Virus record (IMG/VR): IMGVR_UViG_3300035140_000027
Span: 1 to 47,636 of that record
Direction: 5' to 3' (one strand)
Source: a virus
Lineage: Duplodnaviria > Caudoviricetes
Length of the DNA: 47,636 nucleotides
The position numbers and the translations under genes are program-made. The notes under the pieces are model-generated. The model saw only the letters and a list, made by a program, of their open reading frames with translations, was not told where the DNA came from and ran no database searches. Positions 1-8,299 of the stretch are shown piece by piece (the stretch's first letter is position 1; each line of letters starts with the position of its first letter).

Positions 1-16
1 GTACGCATATAAACAC
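1..16. repeat. Left copy of 16-nt terminal direct repeat (gtacgcatataaacac); candidate cohesive end
   Basis: Identical to 47621-47636; after circularisation it is flanked by ggcgag / cgcgcc, forming a partial dyad. Confidence 0.9.
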
Positions 17-40
17 CGCGCCCCTCCCCCCCGGTGTCAC

Positions 41-47
41 AGGACCC
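41..47 (-). promoter_or_regulatory. cosQ-like packaging termination site GGGTCCT
   Basis: Minus strand reads GGGTCCT, the lambda cosQ heptamer, 24 nt before the terminal repeat and upstream of a lambda-type terminase operon. Confidence 0.7.
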
Positions 48-246
48 GCGAGCGCTCAGCAGATGTCAGTCTTGATGGTAGGCTGGGTCACGAAGGGATG
101 GCAATACTCTGAAACGTGAATCCACTTGGGAATGACATCGTTTTGCCTTTCTTTTCGATATCCAACGTCGACCCTTCGCCCCTTCGGGGCATCGCCCGCC
201 CTCAGCGCCCCTCAGTGTATCTGTAGGACTCGGGCTGCGCAAGGTC

Positions 247-630
247 TCAGTCTTCGGTGGGCTTCACCCAGTCGACCCGGCGCGGCGCACAGCAAACACA
301 GTTCGGAGCATTCCGAAGCGTGCCGCCCCCGTCAATACATGCCTGATTCTGAGCATGAGAATAGACGCATTCTTCATTTCTATCATGTGAACAGATCGGC
401 TCTGATGTATCCGTGTCACTATCACTATCGGAGTCGCTGTCCGTGTCGGTATCCGTATCCGTATCACTGCCACTGTCCGTATCGGTGTTGGCATCCGTAT
501 CTGTGTCACCGCCACTATCACTATCCGTATCGGTATCGCCGGCATCAACCGTTTCGTCATCCCCACTGTAGTACTTACTAGGCTCCTCATCGCATCCGAT
601 CAAAAGTATTAAAAAAACTAGGTATTTCAT
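247..630 (-). CDS. Lipoprotein with Asp-Thr/Asp-Ser low-complexity linker and small Cys-rich C-terminal domain
   Basis: MKYLVFLILLIG-C lipobox-like signal, (DT/DS)n tract, C-terminus with 6 Cys; start moved to MKYL. Confidence 0.7.
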   Translation of the reverse strand: MKYLVFLILLIGCDEEPSKYYSGDDETVDAGDTDTDSDSGGDTDTDANTDTDSGSDTDTDTDTDSDSDSDSDTDTSEPICSHDRNEECVYSHAQNQACIDGGGTLRNAPNCVCCAPRRVDWVKPTED

Positions 631-782
631 GCCAAACCTCAAAAAATGCTCCACCCGGGCTGTTGTGTCGGGATAGATTCCCGCCCAGGTGAAGCGCAAA
701 GTTTTCCTGTATTTCCCGACACAACTTAATTATTGTGCAACATTTCCATGTTTTTTCAAGCAAAAAGCGTTAGGATAGCGGT

Positions 783-1529
783 ATGTTTACGATAGAAATG
801 GACAAACGACCTATCGAACAGCTCGAAAACGACCTGGATCGGTTTGGAAAACAGGCGCTTCCGTACGCGGCCAAGGACACGCTGAACACTGCGGCCTATA
901 AATCATCCGACCTCGCAAAGCGCAACCTGGATCGCGTATTCACCCAGCGGAACACGTGGACAAAGCGGTCGATTCGGTACCAACGCGTGATCGGTCGCGA
1001 CATCCGCACGATGGAAAGCGCCATGGGCTCCACCCTTGAGTACATGCGCCTCCAGGAAGAAGGATTCACCCAACACAAGAGCGGGAAGCACGGTGTTGCC
1101 ATCCCCACCGGAGCGGCCGCAGGCCAGATGGGGGCGAAGAAGCGCACACGACGTCTCCAGCGCAAGAACTGGCTGGCCAATGTCAGCCCTGCTAGAGGAC
1201 GTGGCAGGGGCAAAGGCAGCACCGTGACGGCCGTTCGTGACGCCGTGGAGACCGGCCGTAGGGTCGTCTTTATTGACAGCCCTTCTGACCACTACGGACG
1301 CCCAACTGGTTTTTACCGCGTCGTCGGTGGACGGAAGGGCGGACACGGATGGCCGAAGGGTGCAAAGCTCCAAATGATCTACTCAGTCGAACGGTCATCG
1401 GTGCGGACGGATCCCCACAAGTGGATGGAGTCACCGGTCAGGTTGATCATGAAAAATATCGGCAAGATCTATCGAGATGCCCTAATCCGACAGATTCGAA
1501 TCAATCGGTCGTTTCGGAATCGTGGCTGA
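783..1529 (+). CDS. Putative neck/tail-completion protein (lambda gpZ / Mu gpG-like)
   Basis: Basic 248-aa protein with N-terminal LxxxxxALPYAAxxTLNxAA pattern typical of this class; family uncertain. Confidence 0.5.
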   Translation: MFTIEMDKRPIEQLENDLDRFGKQALPYAAKDTLNTAAYKSSDLAKRNLDRVFTQRNTWTKRSIRYQRVIGRDIRTMESAMGSTLEYMRLQEEGFTQHKSGKHGVAIPTGAAAGQMGAKKRTRRLQRKNWLANVSPARGRGRGKGSTVTAVRDAVETGRRVVFIDSPSDHYGRPTGFYRVVGGRKGGHGWPKGAKLQMIYSVERSSVRTDPHKWMESPVRLIMKNIGKIYRDALIRQIRINRSFRNRG

Positions 1530-1543
1530 CGTCGCTACGGTAC

Positions 1544-1574
1544 CGGGGCGACACTCCCTCTCACTGTCGCCTCG
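1544..1574. terminator. Stem-loop between convergent genes
   Basis: cggggcgaca / tgtcgcctcg 10-bp stem with 11-nt loop; no U-tract. Confidence 0.4.
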
Positions 1575-1597
1575 AGATCTGGGCGACATCGGCATTA

Positions 1598-1813
1598 CTA
1601 ATCAACCGCATCAACGGGCCTCGGGATCTCCGGGTCATCCTCATAGAGCCCACGACGTCGGAGCGTCACTATCACTTCTTCCAACGCATCACAGATTTTT
1701 TCCGTGTCTTCGTCCGAGAATCCCTCACCCCAAGGCCACCCCTTCCCCATCGCCGAATCAATAACCGCTGCCGCGTTCGTATTAGCCCACCTTTTCGCGT
1801 GTCTTTTATCCAT
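1598..1813 (-). CDS. Hypothetical protein
   Basis: ATG overlaps the end of the MTase gene; 71 aa. Confidence 0.55.
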   Translation of the reverse strand: MDKRHAKRWANTNAAAVIDSAMGKGWPWGEGFSDEDTEKICDALEEVIVTLRRRGLYEDDPEIPRPVDAVD

Positions 1814-2495
1814 TTCTAACTGCCTTTCTATCCAGGTCCTCAGCGACGCTGTCGCCTTCGGCCAGAGACGACGAGAACTCCCTCCAGGCTGCCGAAACAA
1901 TCCCTGTACCTGGAAAGAGATCATCAAAGCTGTCGTCCGGCGATGCAGCTAGCGCCTTGAACAGAAACGAGCAGAATGCAATCGGCTTTCTCCCGATGAG
2001 CTCACCTCCAAATCGTGCGGGCTGACACGAAATCCAGTCGCGGAGCCCTGCAGGCGACAACCGCGCTTGTTTCACGATCAACGGCTCCCACCGGACATTC
2101 AACCCGCGAGCATTCGGAGACGGCGGAATAGGCTTCACCCATGCACAGGTGTGTACACCCTCCGGGCACATCGGGAGAATGTAACGCAAGGCCTTCGACG
2201 ACGTTGATAGCGCCCACCCATCGTACGTCTCAAGCAGCGCAATGAGCCTACGGTGGTCCACCTCCCCGCCATAGGTGTCTTCATACTTGTAATACATCTT
2301 CGCCAAGCCGGGGTAGGGCGGGTCAGCGTAGGCTATCCGTTTCGGCTCCAGTGCCGTCGCCTCGAGGCGTGAGAGACGCCGAAACCGATAGGCGGCCTGT
2401 CTGCACCGTTTGGAGCAGTAGGTTTGGTGCTTCTCTACGGGCTCCACCCCGCACCACTTGCAGAGTTGCCTTGGTGATTTACTTTGCATTCTCAC
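1806..2495 (-). CDS. DNA amino-methyltransferase (N6-A/N4-C) with N-terminal Zn-finger-like segment
   Basis: Catalytic ADPPY motif precedes the SAM-binding DLFPGTG motif (beta-class order); CxxC...YCSxxC at N-terminus. Confidence 0.8.
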   Translation of the reverse strand: MRMQSKSPRQLCKWCGVEPVEKHQTYCSKRCRQAAYRFRRLSRLEATALEPKRIAYADPPYPGLAKMYYKYEDTYGGEVDHRRLIALLETYDGWALSTSSKALRYILPMCPEGVHTCAWVKPIPPSPNARGLNVRWEPLIVKQARLSPAGLRDWISCQPARFGGELIGRKPIAFCSFLFKALAASPDDSFDDLFPGTGIVSAAWREFSSSLAEGDSVAEDLDRKAVRNG

Positions 2496-2573
2496 TCGTG
2501 TCCAACCAGCATGGTAAAAAATCGCCTGGTTTACAGATGGCTTCCCAGAATTTTTCTAAAGGTAGATTTCCCA

Positions 2574-3062
2574 TCAGTAATAGGCCATCTCCCAACTTCT
2601 CTGATACTCTTCCCAATGCGCGGCATAGCTGATGTCTATGTCGGTATCCGGATTCAGGCACGATGGGCAAAGGTTCTTGCCACGCCAGCGCTCCAATTTT
2701 TCTCGCCGTCCGCATTTATCGCATTTCATCTTTTTCATTTTGCCGCGTGCGCTACGTTTCACGTGTCCGGATTGTCGCAGATATGCATAGATGGTAGACA
2801 AGCAGAGACCGAGATCGTCCGCAAGCTCTTGCAGGTTGCGACCAGCCGCAACCTGCTCGGCAACGTATTTGACCCGCTCGTCACGTTGCCGACGCGACTC
2901 GGATGATGACGGTCCGGATATGCCAGACTCGCGAATGTATTGGGCGAGGGTGTACTCTGATATGTTCAGCATCCGGCATACACCCCTGTGAGCCATTCCG
3001 GATTGCAGCAGTTCTATCGCCCTTTGCTTACGGCGATCGCGAACTTTTTTTTTATTGCTCAT
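2574..3062 (-). CDS. Tandem HTH DNA-binding protein with C-terminal Zn ribbon (possible late regulator)
   Basis: Two HTH-like segments (HRGVCRMLNISEYTL; LQELADDLGLCLSTIYAYL), CDKC...CPSC; SD gagga. Confidence 0.65.
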   Translation of the reverse strand: MSNKKKVRDRRKQRAIELLQSGMAHRGVCRMLNISEYTLAQYIRESGISGPSSSESRRQRDERVKYVAEQVAAGRNLQELADDLGLCLSTIYAYLRQSGHVKRSARGKMKKMKCDKCGRREKLERWRGKNLCPSCLNPDTDIDISYAAHWEEYQRSWEMAYY

Positions 3063-3364
3063 GATTCCTCGGCCTCCCATCCAGATCGCTCAACCACCCA
3101 ACCGCGCATAATATTTAGAGCGGCTACATATCCGCATGAAAAATCGCAACCCGGTGTTCCAAGCCTTTCCAGTCGGCGGTCTATCTCAGATATGATGTCT
3201 TCGGAAGACATCGCCTTTCCGATCCATTTAAACCCTTCAAATATCGACTCGTATTGCTCAATAGAGTCGTTAAGCGTAGTCCTTAGATTGTCATCAATAT
3301 TCATCGCACGCAGTTCATCATCTGAAGTCTTGAATAGCCAAAGCCCTTTTTTATTCGGCCTCAT
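3059..3364 (-). CDS. Hypothetical protein
   Basis: Translationally coupled ORF; MRPNKKGLW start resembles the PxxPGxYW phage motif. Confidence 0.6.
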   Translation of the reverse strand: MRPNKKGLWLFKTSDDELRAMNIDDNLRTTLNDSIEQYESIFEGFKWIGKAMSSEDIISEIDRRLERLGTPGCDFSCGYVAALNIMRGWVVERSGWEAEES

Positions 3365-3659
3365 ATCCTTGCCTTTCCTTGATGCAATCCATGATTGCAG
3401 CTTTCACTTTATCCTCCGTCACATCCAGCCATCTCAATCGGCACTCGCTCAAAATCCACTGGTAAACCTGCTTTCGTTCGTAAGGGTCGACGCGGTTTTT
3501 CGGTCTACCGCTGAGCCGTTCGTTGATCTCGACGAGATAGCGGATAAACATACTGGCCTTCTCGAATTCCTTCGCATGAAGCAGCTGCTTCAACATCTCC
3601 AATTGATTTCCAATTGGCATGTTTTCGATTTTAGCTGCCAGTTCCTTCAGGTTAGACAT
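3351..3659 (-). CDS. Hypothetical protein, paralog of 4639-4878
   Basis: SD ggaggtg; shares FIxYL...G(R/K)P(K/R)NR...QWIxxECxLRW. Confidence 0.65.
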   Translation of the reverse strand: MSNLKELAAKIENMPIGNQLEMLKQLLHAKEFEKASMFIRYLVEINERLSGRPKNRVDPYERKQVYQWILSECRLRWLDVTEDKVKAAIMDCIKERQGYEAE

Positions 3660-3984
3660 TGGACACCTCCGGACACTCATCAATTGCATTGTCAACTTCC
3701 CGAATCTTCTCTGCGGCTTTTTTAGAGATACCTTCGACCTCCGCCTTAATTAGGCGTCTTATTTCCCATAGCGCATCGACATTATTGACAAAAACGCGTT
3801 CAGGGCTTGTATAAATAATTAGGTTGCCATGATTAAGCTCAATACAAGTATCGCCTGGCTTTACCGACAGCTTTATCGCTTTGCATTGCCGAATTTTGTA
3901 TTCAAACGTTCCTTTATTTCCACCAACGACAAAAATCTCTTCCTCGTTCTGGATCGCTTTCGCGATCTCATCAAGCGTCATCAT
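3652..3984 (-). CDS. Hypothetical protein
   Basis: Coupled ORF in the leftward operon, 110 aa. Confidence 0.6.
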   Translation of the reverse strand: MMTLDEIAKAIQNEEEIFVVGGNKGTFEYKIRQCKAIKLSVKPGDTCIELNHGNLIIYTSPERVFVNNVDALWEIRRLIKAEVEGISKKAAEKIREVDNAIDECPEVSNV

Positions 3985-4268
3985 GCTGCTTTCCTTTCTT
4001 TCTCCAACCAGGTGCCATTTACTAATTTGGCTATTGCTTTTTTCAATACGTCAATTTTCTCTCTTCTCGTCCTCGATGTCATATGGGGGCTTACGTGGAA
4101 AATTCACTGCTTAAAATCTCCCATGCGAGCGCAACCACTCCAGGAACCTCGTTCACCGTGCTCTTGGCGATGCCGAGTATCTCCATGATCTCTTCGCGGC
4201 TCTTGCCCTCTCGGAACAGTCGGATCGTTTCTTTCATGCGATAGGCTTCATTTCTTTTGAACCACTCA

Positions 4269-4706
4269 TTAGATAATCTCCAAATCAATAACAAAGCCCT
4301 TCATTCGAACAGCCAAAGGGTCCTCAGAGTCTTCGTAGACATAGTATTTGTGGCCAGTACCACGGCGCGGGTCATATATCTCAACTACATCATCCAATGT
4401 ATCTGCGATGATAGAGTGGAGTGTCGCTTCCTTATTCAGAGAAGGCACACACAATAGGTACACATGGCCAAATAGCATTACACGCTCGAGTGAAGAGAAT
4501 GCTCTCACAATCCGATCATGTTTTCGCAGATAGTCAGCCGGTGTGGTTTTTCCAGCGAAAAACAAGTCTTGGAACTCGGCCGTTACCACGTCGACATCTT
4601 TGTGTAAAATCATTGCAAGACATGCTGACGTGCAATTATCATCTCTGGTTTGTGTTTTGAATTCTACTTTTCGATTTATCACCATCTTCCTGCCTTTCAA
4701 AGTCAT
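4269..4706 (-). CDS. Papain-fold peptidase C39-like protein
   Basis: QxxxxxCxSACLAMIL Cys motif, downstream HSII and IYDP (His/Asp). Confidence 0.6.
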   Translation of the reverse strand: MTLKGRKMVINRKVEFKTQTRDDNCTSACLAMILHKDVDVVTAEFQDLFFAGKTTPADYLRKHDRIVRAFSSLERVMLFGHVYLLCVPSLNKEATLHSIIADTLDDVVEIYDPRRGTGHKYYVYEDSEDPLAVRMKGFVIDLEII

Positions 4707-4878
4707 ATCCGTCGATTTTTTTGACTATTTCCCACACCTCTCGCTTGCTCACATTCGGCCACCGCAACTTGCACTCCTCGTGAATCCACTGAAGTAGAAA
4801 CCTCAGTTTGTGGCGGTTTCGCGGTTTCCCGGTGCGGGATTCCTGAAGCTTGATTAGATATTGAATAAATTCGTTCAA
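4639..4878 (-). CDS. Hypothetical protein, paralog of 3351-3659 C-terminal domain
   Basis: Shared motif QWIHEECKLRW. Confidence 0.6.
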   Translation of the reverse strand: MNEFIQYLIKLQESRTGKPRNRHKLRFLLQWIHEECKLRWPNVSKREVWEIVKKIDGYDFERQEDGDKSKSRIQNTNQR

Positions 4879-5231
4879 CTGACCTCGTTCTCATCGAAAA
4901 TAATACGCTTTATCTTGCTGCCGACCTTCACATATGCGGGGAAGCCAAGCCTGTTTGAATCCCAGCATGCGTGAGCACCATCCCGAAAAGGTGTATCGAG
5001 TTCTACGCAATGGATATGATCTGTTCCGCCACTGTAAAATGTTTTTGAAATCTTTGCTCTGAAAAAATATCCACCAAATGCTTTCTGAGCCCTGATGTCG
5101 AGTTTATTAACTGGAATATACAGATGGTAAAAGCACATGTGGTCAAATCCTTTTCTCCTTGATTTCTTCCATTACAGCAATAGAAATGGCCGATCTGATG
5201 GCAATTTATTTACGTCAAATTCATTGCACAT
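4875..5231 (-). pseudogene. Probable interrupted gene (in-frame TAA at 5172-5174)
   Basis: MCNEFDVNKLPSDRPFLLL*WKKSRRKGFDHMCFYHL... is one continuous frame joining ORF 4875-5138. Confidence 0.35.
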
Positions 5232-5637
5232 CTCCCAAGCTGAACACGATCCCACGACAGAAGATCTCGCCGTCATCGTAGATGTCGAAAGTGGCGTGCG
5301 GTATATCGGTTTCGAACGTCCAAGCGATGTCTCCATCACACCATTTCGCGCGTATATTTGTTGCCTGTTCTTTCTTTTTCGCATAGTACGGACATCTATC
5401 GTCATCGCATTCGTTTGTGACAATCCCGTCCTTGTTTAGTGGAATGGTAGCTCCTTCCCATACGCCAAACAACTCGTCATTGATTGCGCCCCGGAATTCG
5501 CAGAGGTCATCGGACGCGCCGAAGACGATCACGAGACCGTTCTCTGCGGCAATCCTGCCCATGTCATCGGGAACTTCATTTAGATACTCTCGATTGTTCA
5601 ACAGTGTAGCCAATTCTTCTTTTGTGAAATCTTTCAT
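5221..5637 (-). CDS. Conserved phage hypothetical protein
   Basis: GLVIVFGASDDLxEFRGAI and WTFETDIPHATFDI motifs recalled from phage proteins. Confidence 0.7.
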   Translation of the reverse strand: MKDFTKEELATLLNNREYLNEVPDDMGRIAAENGLVIVFGASDDLCEFRGAINDELFGVWEGATIPLNKDGIVTNECDDDRCPYYAKKKEQATNIRAKWCDGDIAWTFETDIPHATFDIYDDGEIFCRGIVFSLGDVQ

Positions 5638-5653
5638 TTTCTTGCCTTTCTTG

Positions 5654-6184
5654 TTAAAGATTTCCTTTCTGGACTCTCAATTTGAGTCTTGACCATCGCT
5701 TCAGTCGGAACGCCGTTATCCTCCGCGCCCTAGGTGTCCCTCTGCATCGACCAGACGCATATCGCCACAGACCGCGCTCCAGGCTCCCGCAGAACCGTCT
5801 ATCCATGTCGATGAGCATCGCCCCACACATCACCTGCCCCCGCGCTGTGGATAGGTCGTGTTCGCCCTCACAGGCTTTCCGGTGTTTGCCGTGGACCTGA
5901 AAGAGACCGACCTCCCCCAGGGCACCATCGGCGTCCATCCGAAACGATGACTCGTAGAATGACCAGGTGACGAGTAAGAATGGGTCGACGCTGTATCTCT
6001 CGCCCGCGTCGACAAAGTGCTGTGATATTGTCTCTCGTGCGCCCGCATCGCGGTACAAAAGACGGTTCTGTGCAGTGGACAAAAAGACGAATATCATTGC
6101 CGATACCGAAGTCATCATAGTGCGCTCCATATCTGGTAAATAAAAGCTGTTATCGATGCCATAGCTCCAAATCCGAACAGACAC
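5654..6184 (-). CDS. Lytic transglycosylase (SLT domain), possible signal-anchored endolysin
   Basis: VDPFLL...YESSF (catalytic Glu), GEVGLFQV, and LWRY motifs; hydrophobic N-terminal segment; start uncertain. Confidence 0.8.
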   Translation of the reverse strand: MSVRIWSYGIDNSFYLPDMERTMMTSVSAMIFVFLSTAQNRLLYRDAGARETISQHFVDAGERYSVDPFLLVTWSFYESSFRMDADGALGEVGLFQVHGKHRKACEGEHDLSTARGQVMCGAMLIDMDRRFCGSLERGLWRYASGRCRGTPRARRITAFRLKRWSRLKLRVQKGNL

Positions 6185-6245
6185 ACCAGCATCCAGTACA
6201 TGATTTCATTTCTATACCTTTTGGTTTCGGGTTTTATCAGTCGCA

Positions 6246-6515
6246 TTAGTCCATCCCTCCTTTCAAGCCTTCTTTCGCCTTGAACGCCTTAAAGTCCAGC
6301 ATCTCAAGCGCTTCTATGTCAGTTCTGACTGCTGGCTTGTCCATTTTCTGGATACGCCTCACGGTATCCAATATTCTCGTGTGTACCTCAATCCTCTTAT
6401 CCTTGACCGCCTGAATGATATTCAGGCAAAGTTCACGTTGGTACCTGATCTCCTCGATCTTCATCTGGCTAGTGCCCATACCGGAAAACATTTCATGGTT
6501 TATGTCGTTCATCAT
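6246..6515 (-). CDS. Hypothetical protein
   Basis: SD aaggag; 89 aa. Confidence 0.6.
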   Translation of the reverse strand: MMNDINHEMFSGMGTSQMKIEEIRYQRELCLNIIQAVKDKRIEVHTRILDTVRRIQKMDKPAVRTDIEALEMLDFKAFKAKEGLKGGMD

Positions 6516-6538
6516 ATTGATTCTCCTTTGTTTAGCCG

Positions 6539-6595
6539 TAACCGGCCGCCACTGCCACCCATCTCCTGGGAGATGAGTGGGGTGGGGGTCGGTTA
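6539..6595. other. Long imperfect intergenic hairpin
   Basis: taaccggcc...ccacccatctc-ctgg-gagatgagtgg...ggtcggtta. Confidence 0.5.
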
Positions 6596-6772
6596 ATCTA
6601 GCGCGTCAATCTGCTCTTGAGTCAGGAGCACAGCCTTCGCACCGATCCATGTGAGATTTCTTTCCGTTGCTTCTTTGCGCGCGTTTTCACGAGACCCTTT
6701 TTCTCGACCGTAAGTCCTTACCAATCTACCATCTTCTACCACTGCCCATTGTCTGTTTTTCTGATTTGTCAT
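6593..6772 (-). CDS. Hypothetical protein, first gene behind the sigma54-like promoter
   Basis: SD aaggag before MTNQKN. Confidence 0.6.
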   Translation of the reverse strand: MTNQKNRQWAVVEDGRLVRTYGREKGSRENARKEATERNLTWIGAKAVLLTQEQIDALD

Positions 6773-6820
6773 TTCATTCTCCTTGTTGTTGGCGTTATTG
6801 CCGTCCATACCCTAAGAGAG

Positions 6821-6837
6821 TGCACACCGCGTGCCAA
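6821..6837 (-). promoter_or_regulatory. Sigma54 (-24/-12) promoter
   Basis: Minus strand TTGGCACGCGGTGTGCA matches TGGCACG-N4-TTGCA with GG-N10-GC spacing. Confidence 0.7.
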
Positions 6838-7003
6838 CTTTCAACCAATAAAAAACGCAATGATTTCAACAACTACAAAACGGAAGTGTGCAAACTTTGC
6901 ATGCTACTTTTTGCATAGCAACAAAAAACCAATGATTTCAATTGGAAAAGATTGCATAGTTTTTTACTTATTTTCATACCGAAAACGCCGTGGAATCGCA
7001 TAC

Positions 7004-8299
7004 TCAATGATATCCAGCTCGCTGGTAATCACCAACGTGCATGTGCTGTAGGTCGCAATGAAGACGCAGTTTGCCAGTCCGTCCATGCGAATTCTTCGAT
7101 ATGATAAAAGTCAATTCGTTCTCATCCTTCGATTCATCGTAATATCTCGGACGATGAAGCAACCAGACCACCCGCGCGAGCTGTTCGAGCTCTCCGGTCT
7201 GCCGGAGATCGCCAAGCTCGGGAATTTTTGAAGACCGCTTTTCCGTCTCTCGGCTGAGTTGATGAAGACAAAGCACGGGAATGTTCATCTGTTTAGGAAT
7301 CTCGACAATCGTCCGAGCTGCCGCCGTTGTTGACTCGTAGAGGTCTTTTCCCTTGTCACGGAGATGCCCAAGGTGGTCGATGACCAGTAGGTCAAGGCCG
7401 TGCTCGTCCGCGTGCCTAAATGCAACATTTCGAACATCGGCCGACGTCATTGACGTGGTGTCGTCAATCCAGATTGGAAGACATCCAACGACATCACGAA
7501 CATTGTGAAGTAGTGTTCGCTCTTCAGAAGACAACCGTTTGGCGACAATACGGTCTAGCGCGACATTTGCAAAACGCGCGAATAGCCGGTACAGAATGAA
7601 GCGTCGTGAATCCTCAGGGCTGACAATCAGTACATGTTTGCAAGCCAATGCGGCATTGGCAGCGATATTGAGGGCTAGGGTGCTTTTCCCCATCGACGGC
7701 CGTGAAGCCAATACGCTGAGCAACCCGGGCCACAACCCGCCGAACTCTGCGTCAATGGTTCCAATGCCGGTTTTGACCAATCCTGCCGGCTCACCCTGCT
7801 CTTCGAGCTCCTGAAGTGTACTGTCTATCAGGCCAGAGATAGCGATAGCATTCGAGCTTTTAACTTGCTGGTCGGCAACTCCCGTTACCGCGGCCCGGGC
7901 CCTGGCGAGGAAGTCTGGAGTGTCGATGGATTGTTTGGTCCCATCCTCGACGATATTTACCGCGGCCTGTATCATGGCACGGCGATGACTCAGCTCGCGA
8001 AGCTCGTTAAGATAGTGATCGAAGTTTGCGGTCGTGGGCAATTCATCCGCAAGATGGTTTAACCCCTCCATACCGCCGACAAGGCGCTTCTCATCGTCAC
8101 CAAGGGCCGAAAACAGTGTGACCGGGTCAACCGGCTTACCTTCTACCAGGAGAAGTTGTGTCGCCTTGTAGATGGTCTGATGCGGCACATGGTAGAAATC
8201 ATCGGCCTCAAGTTCAGCAAAGAACCTTCCGAGTCGGTTGTTTACGATAACGGCACCGAGTACGGCCCTTTCGGTCTCTATGCTGCGTGGAAGCTGCAT
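7004..8299 (-). CDS. dnaB: Replicative DNA helicase, DnaB family
   Basis: LPRSIETERAVLG N-terminus, Walker A SRPSMGKST, LVIDHL, QLSR, DLRQTGELEQ, KNSHG. Confidence 0.95.
   Translation of the reverse strand: MQLPRSIETERAVLGAVIVNNRLGRFFAELEADDFYHVPHQTIYKATQLLLVEGKPVDPVTLFSALGDDEKRLVGGMEGLNHLADELPTTANFDHYLNELRELSHRRAMIQAAVNIVEDGTKQSIDTPDFLARARAAVTGVADQQVKSSNAIAISGLIDSTLQELEEQGEPAGLVKTGIGTIDAEFGGLWPGLLSVLASRPSMGKSTLALNIAANAALACKHVLIVSPEDSRRFILYRLFARFANVALDRIVAKRLSSEERTLLHNVRDVVGCLPIWIDDTTSMTSADVRNVAFRHADEHGLDLLVIDHLGHLRDKGKDLYESTTAAARTIVEIPKQMNIPVLCLHQLSRETEKRSSKIPELGDLRQTGELEQLARVVWLLHRPRYYDESKDENELTFIISKNSHGRTGKLRLHCDLQHMHVGDYQRAGYH

Noticed and set aside
126-590. Alternative ORFs 126-581 (+, His/Tyr/Cys-rich) and 264-590 (-)
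   Set aside because: Shadow frames of the DT/DS repeat lipoprotein
3981-4294. Frameshifted HTH gene (MKETIRLFREGKSREEIMEILGIAKSTV...)
   Set aside because: An HTH-like start is visible but I could not reconstruct a convincing continuous reading frame, so it is left uncalled
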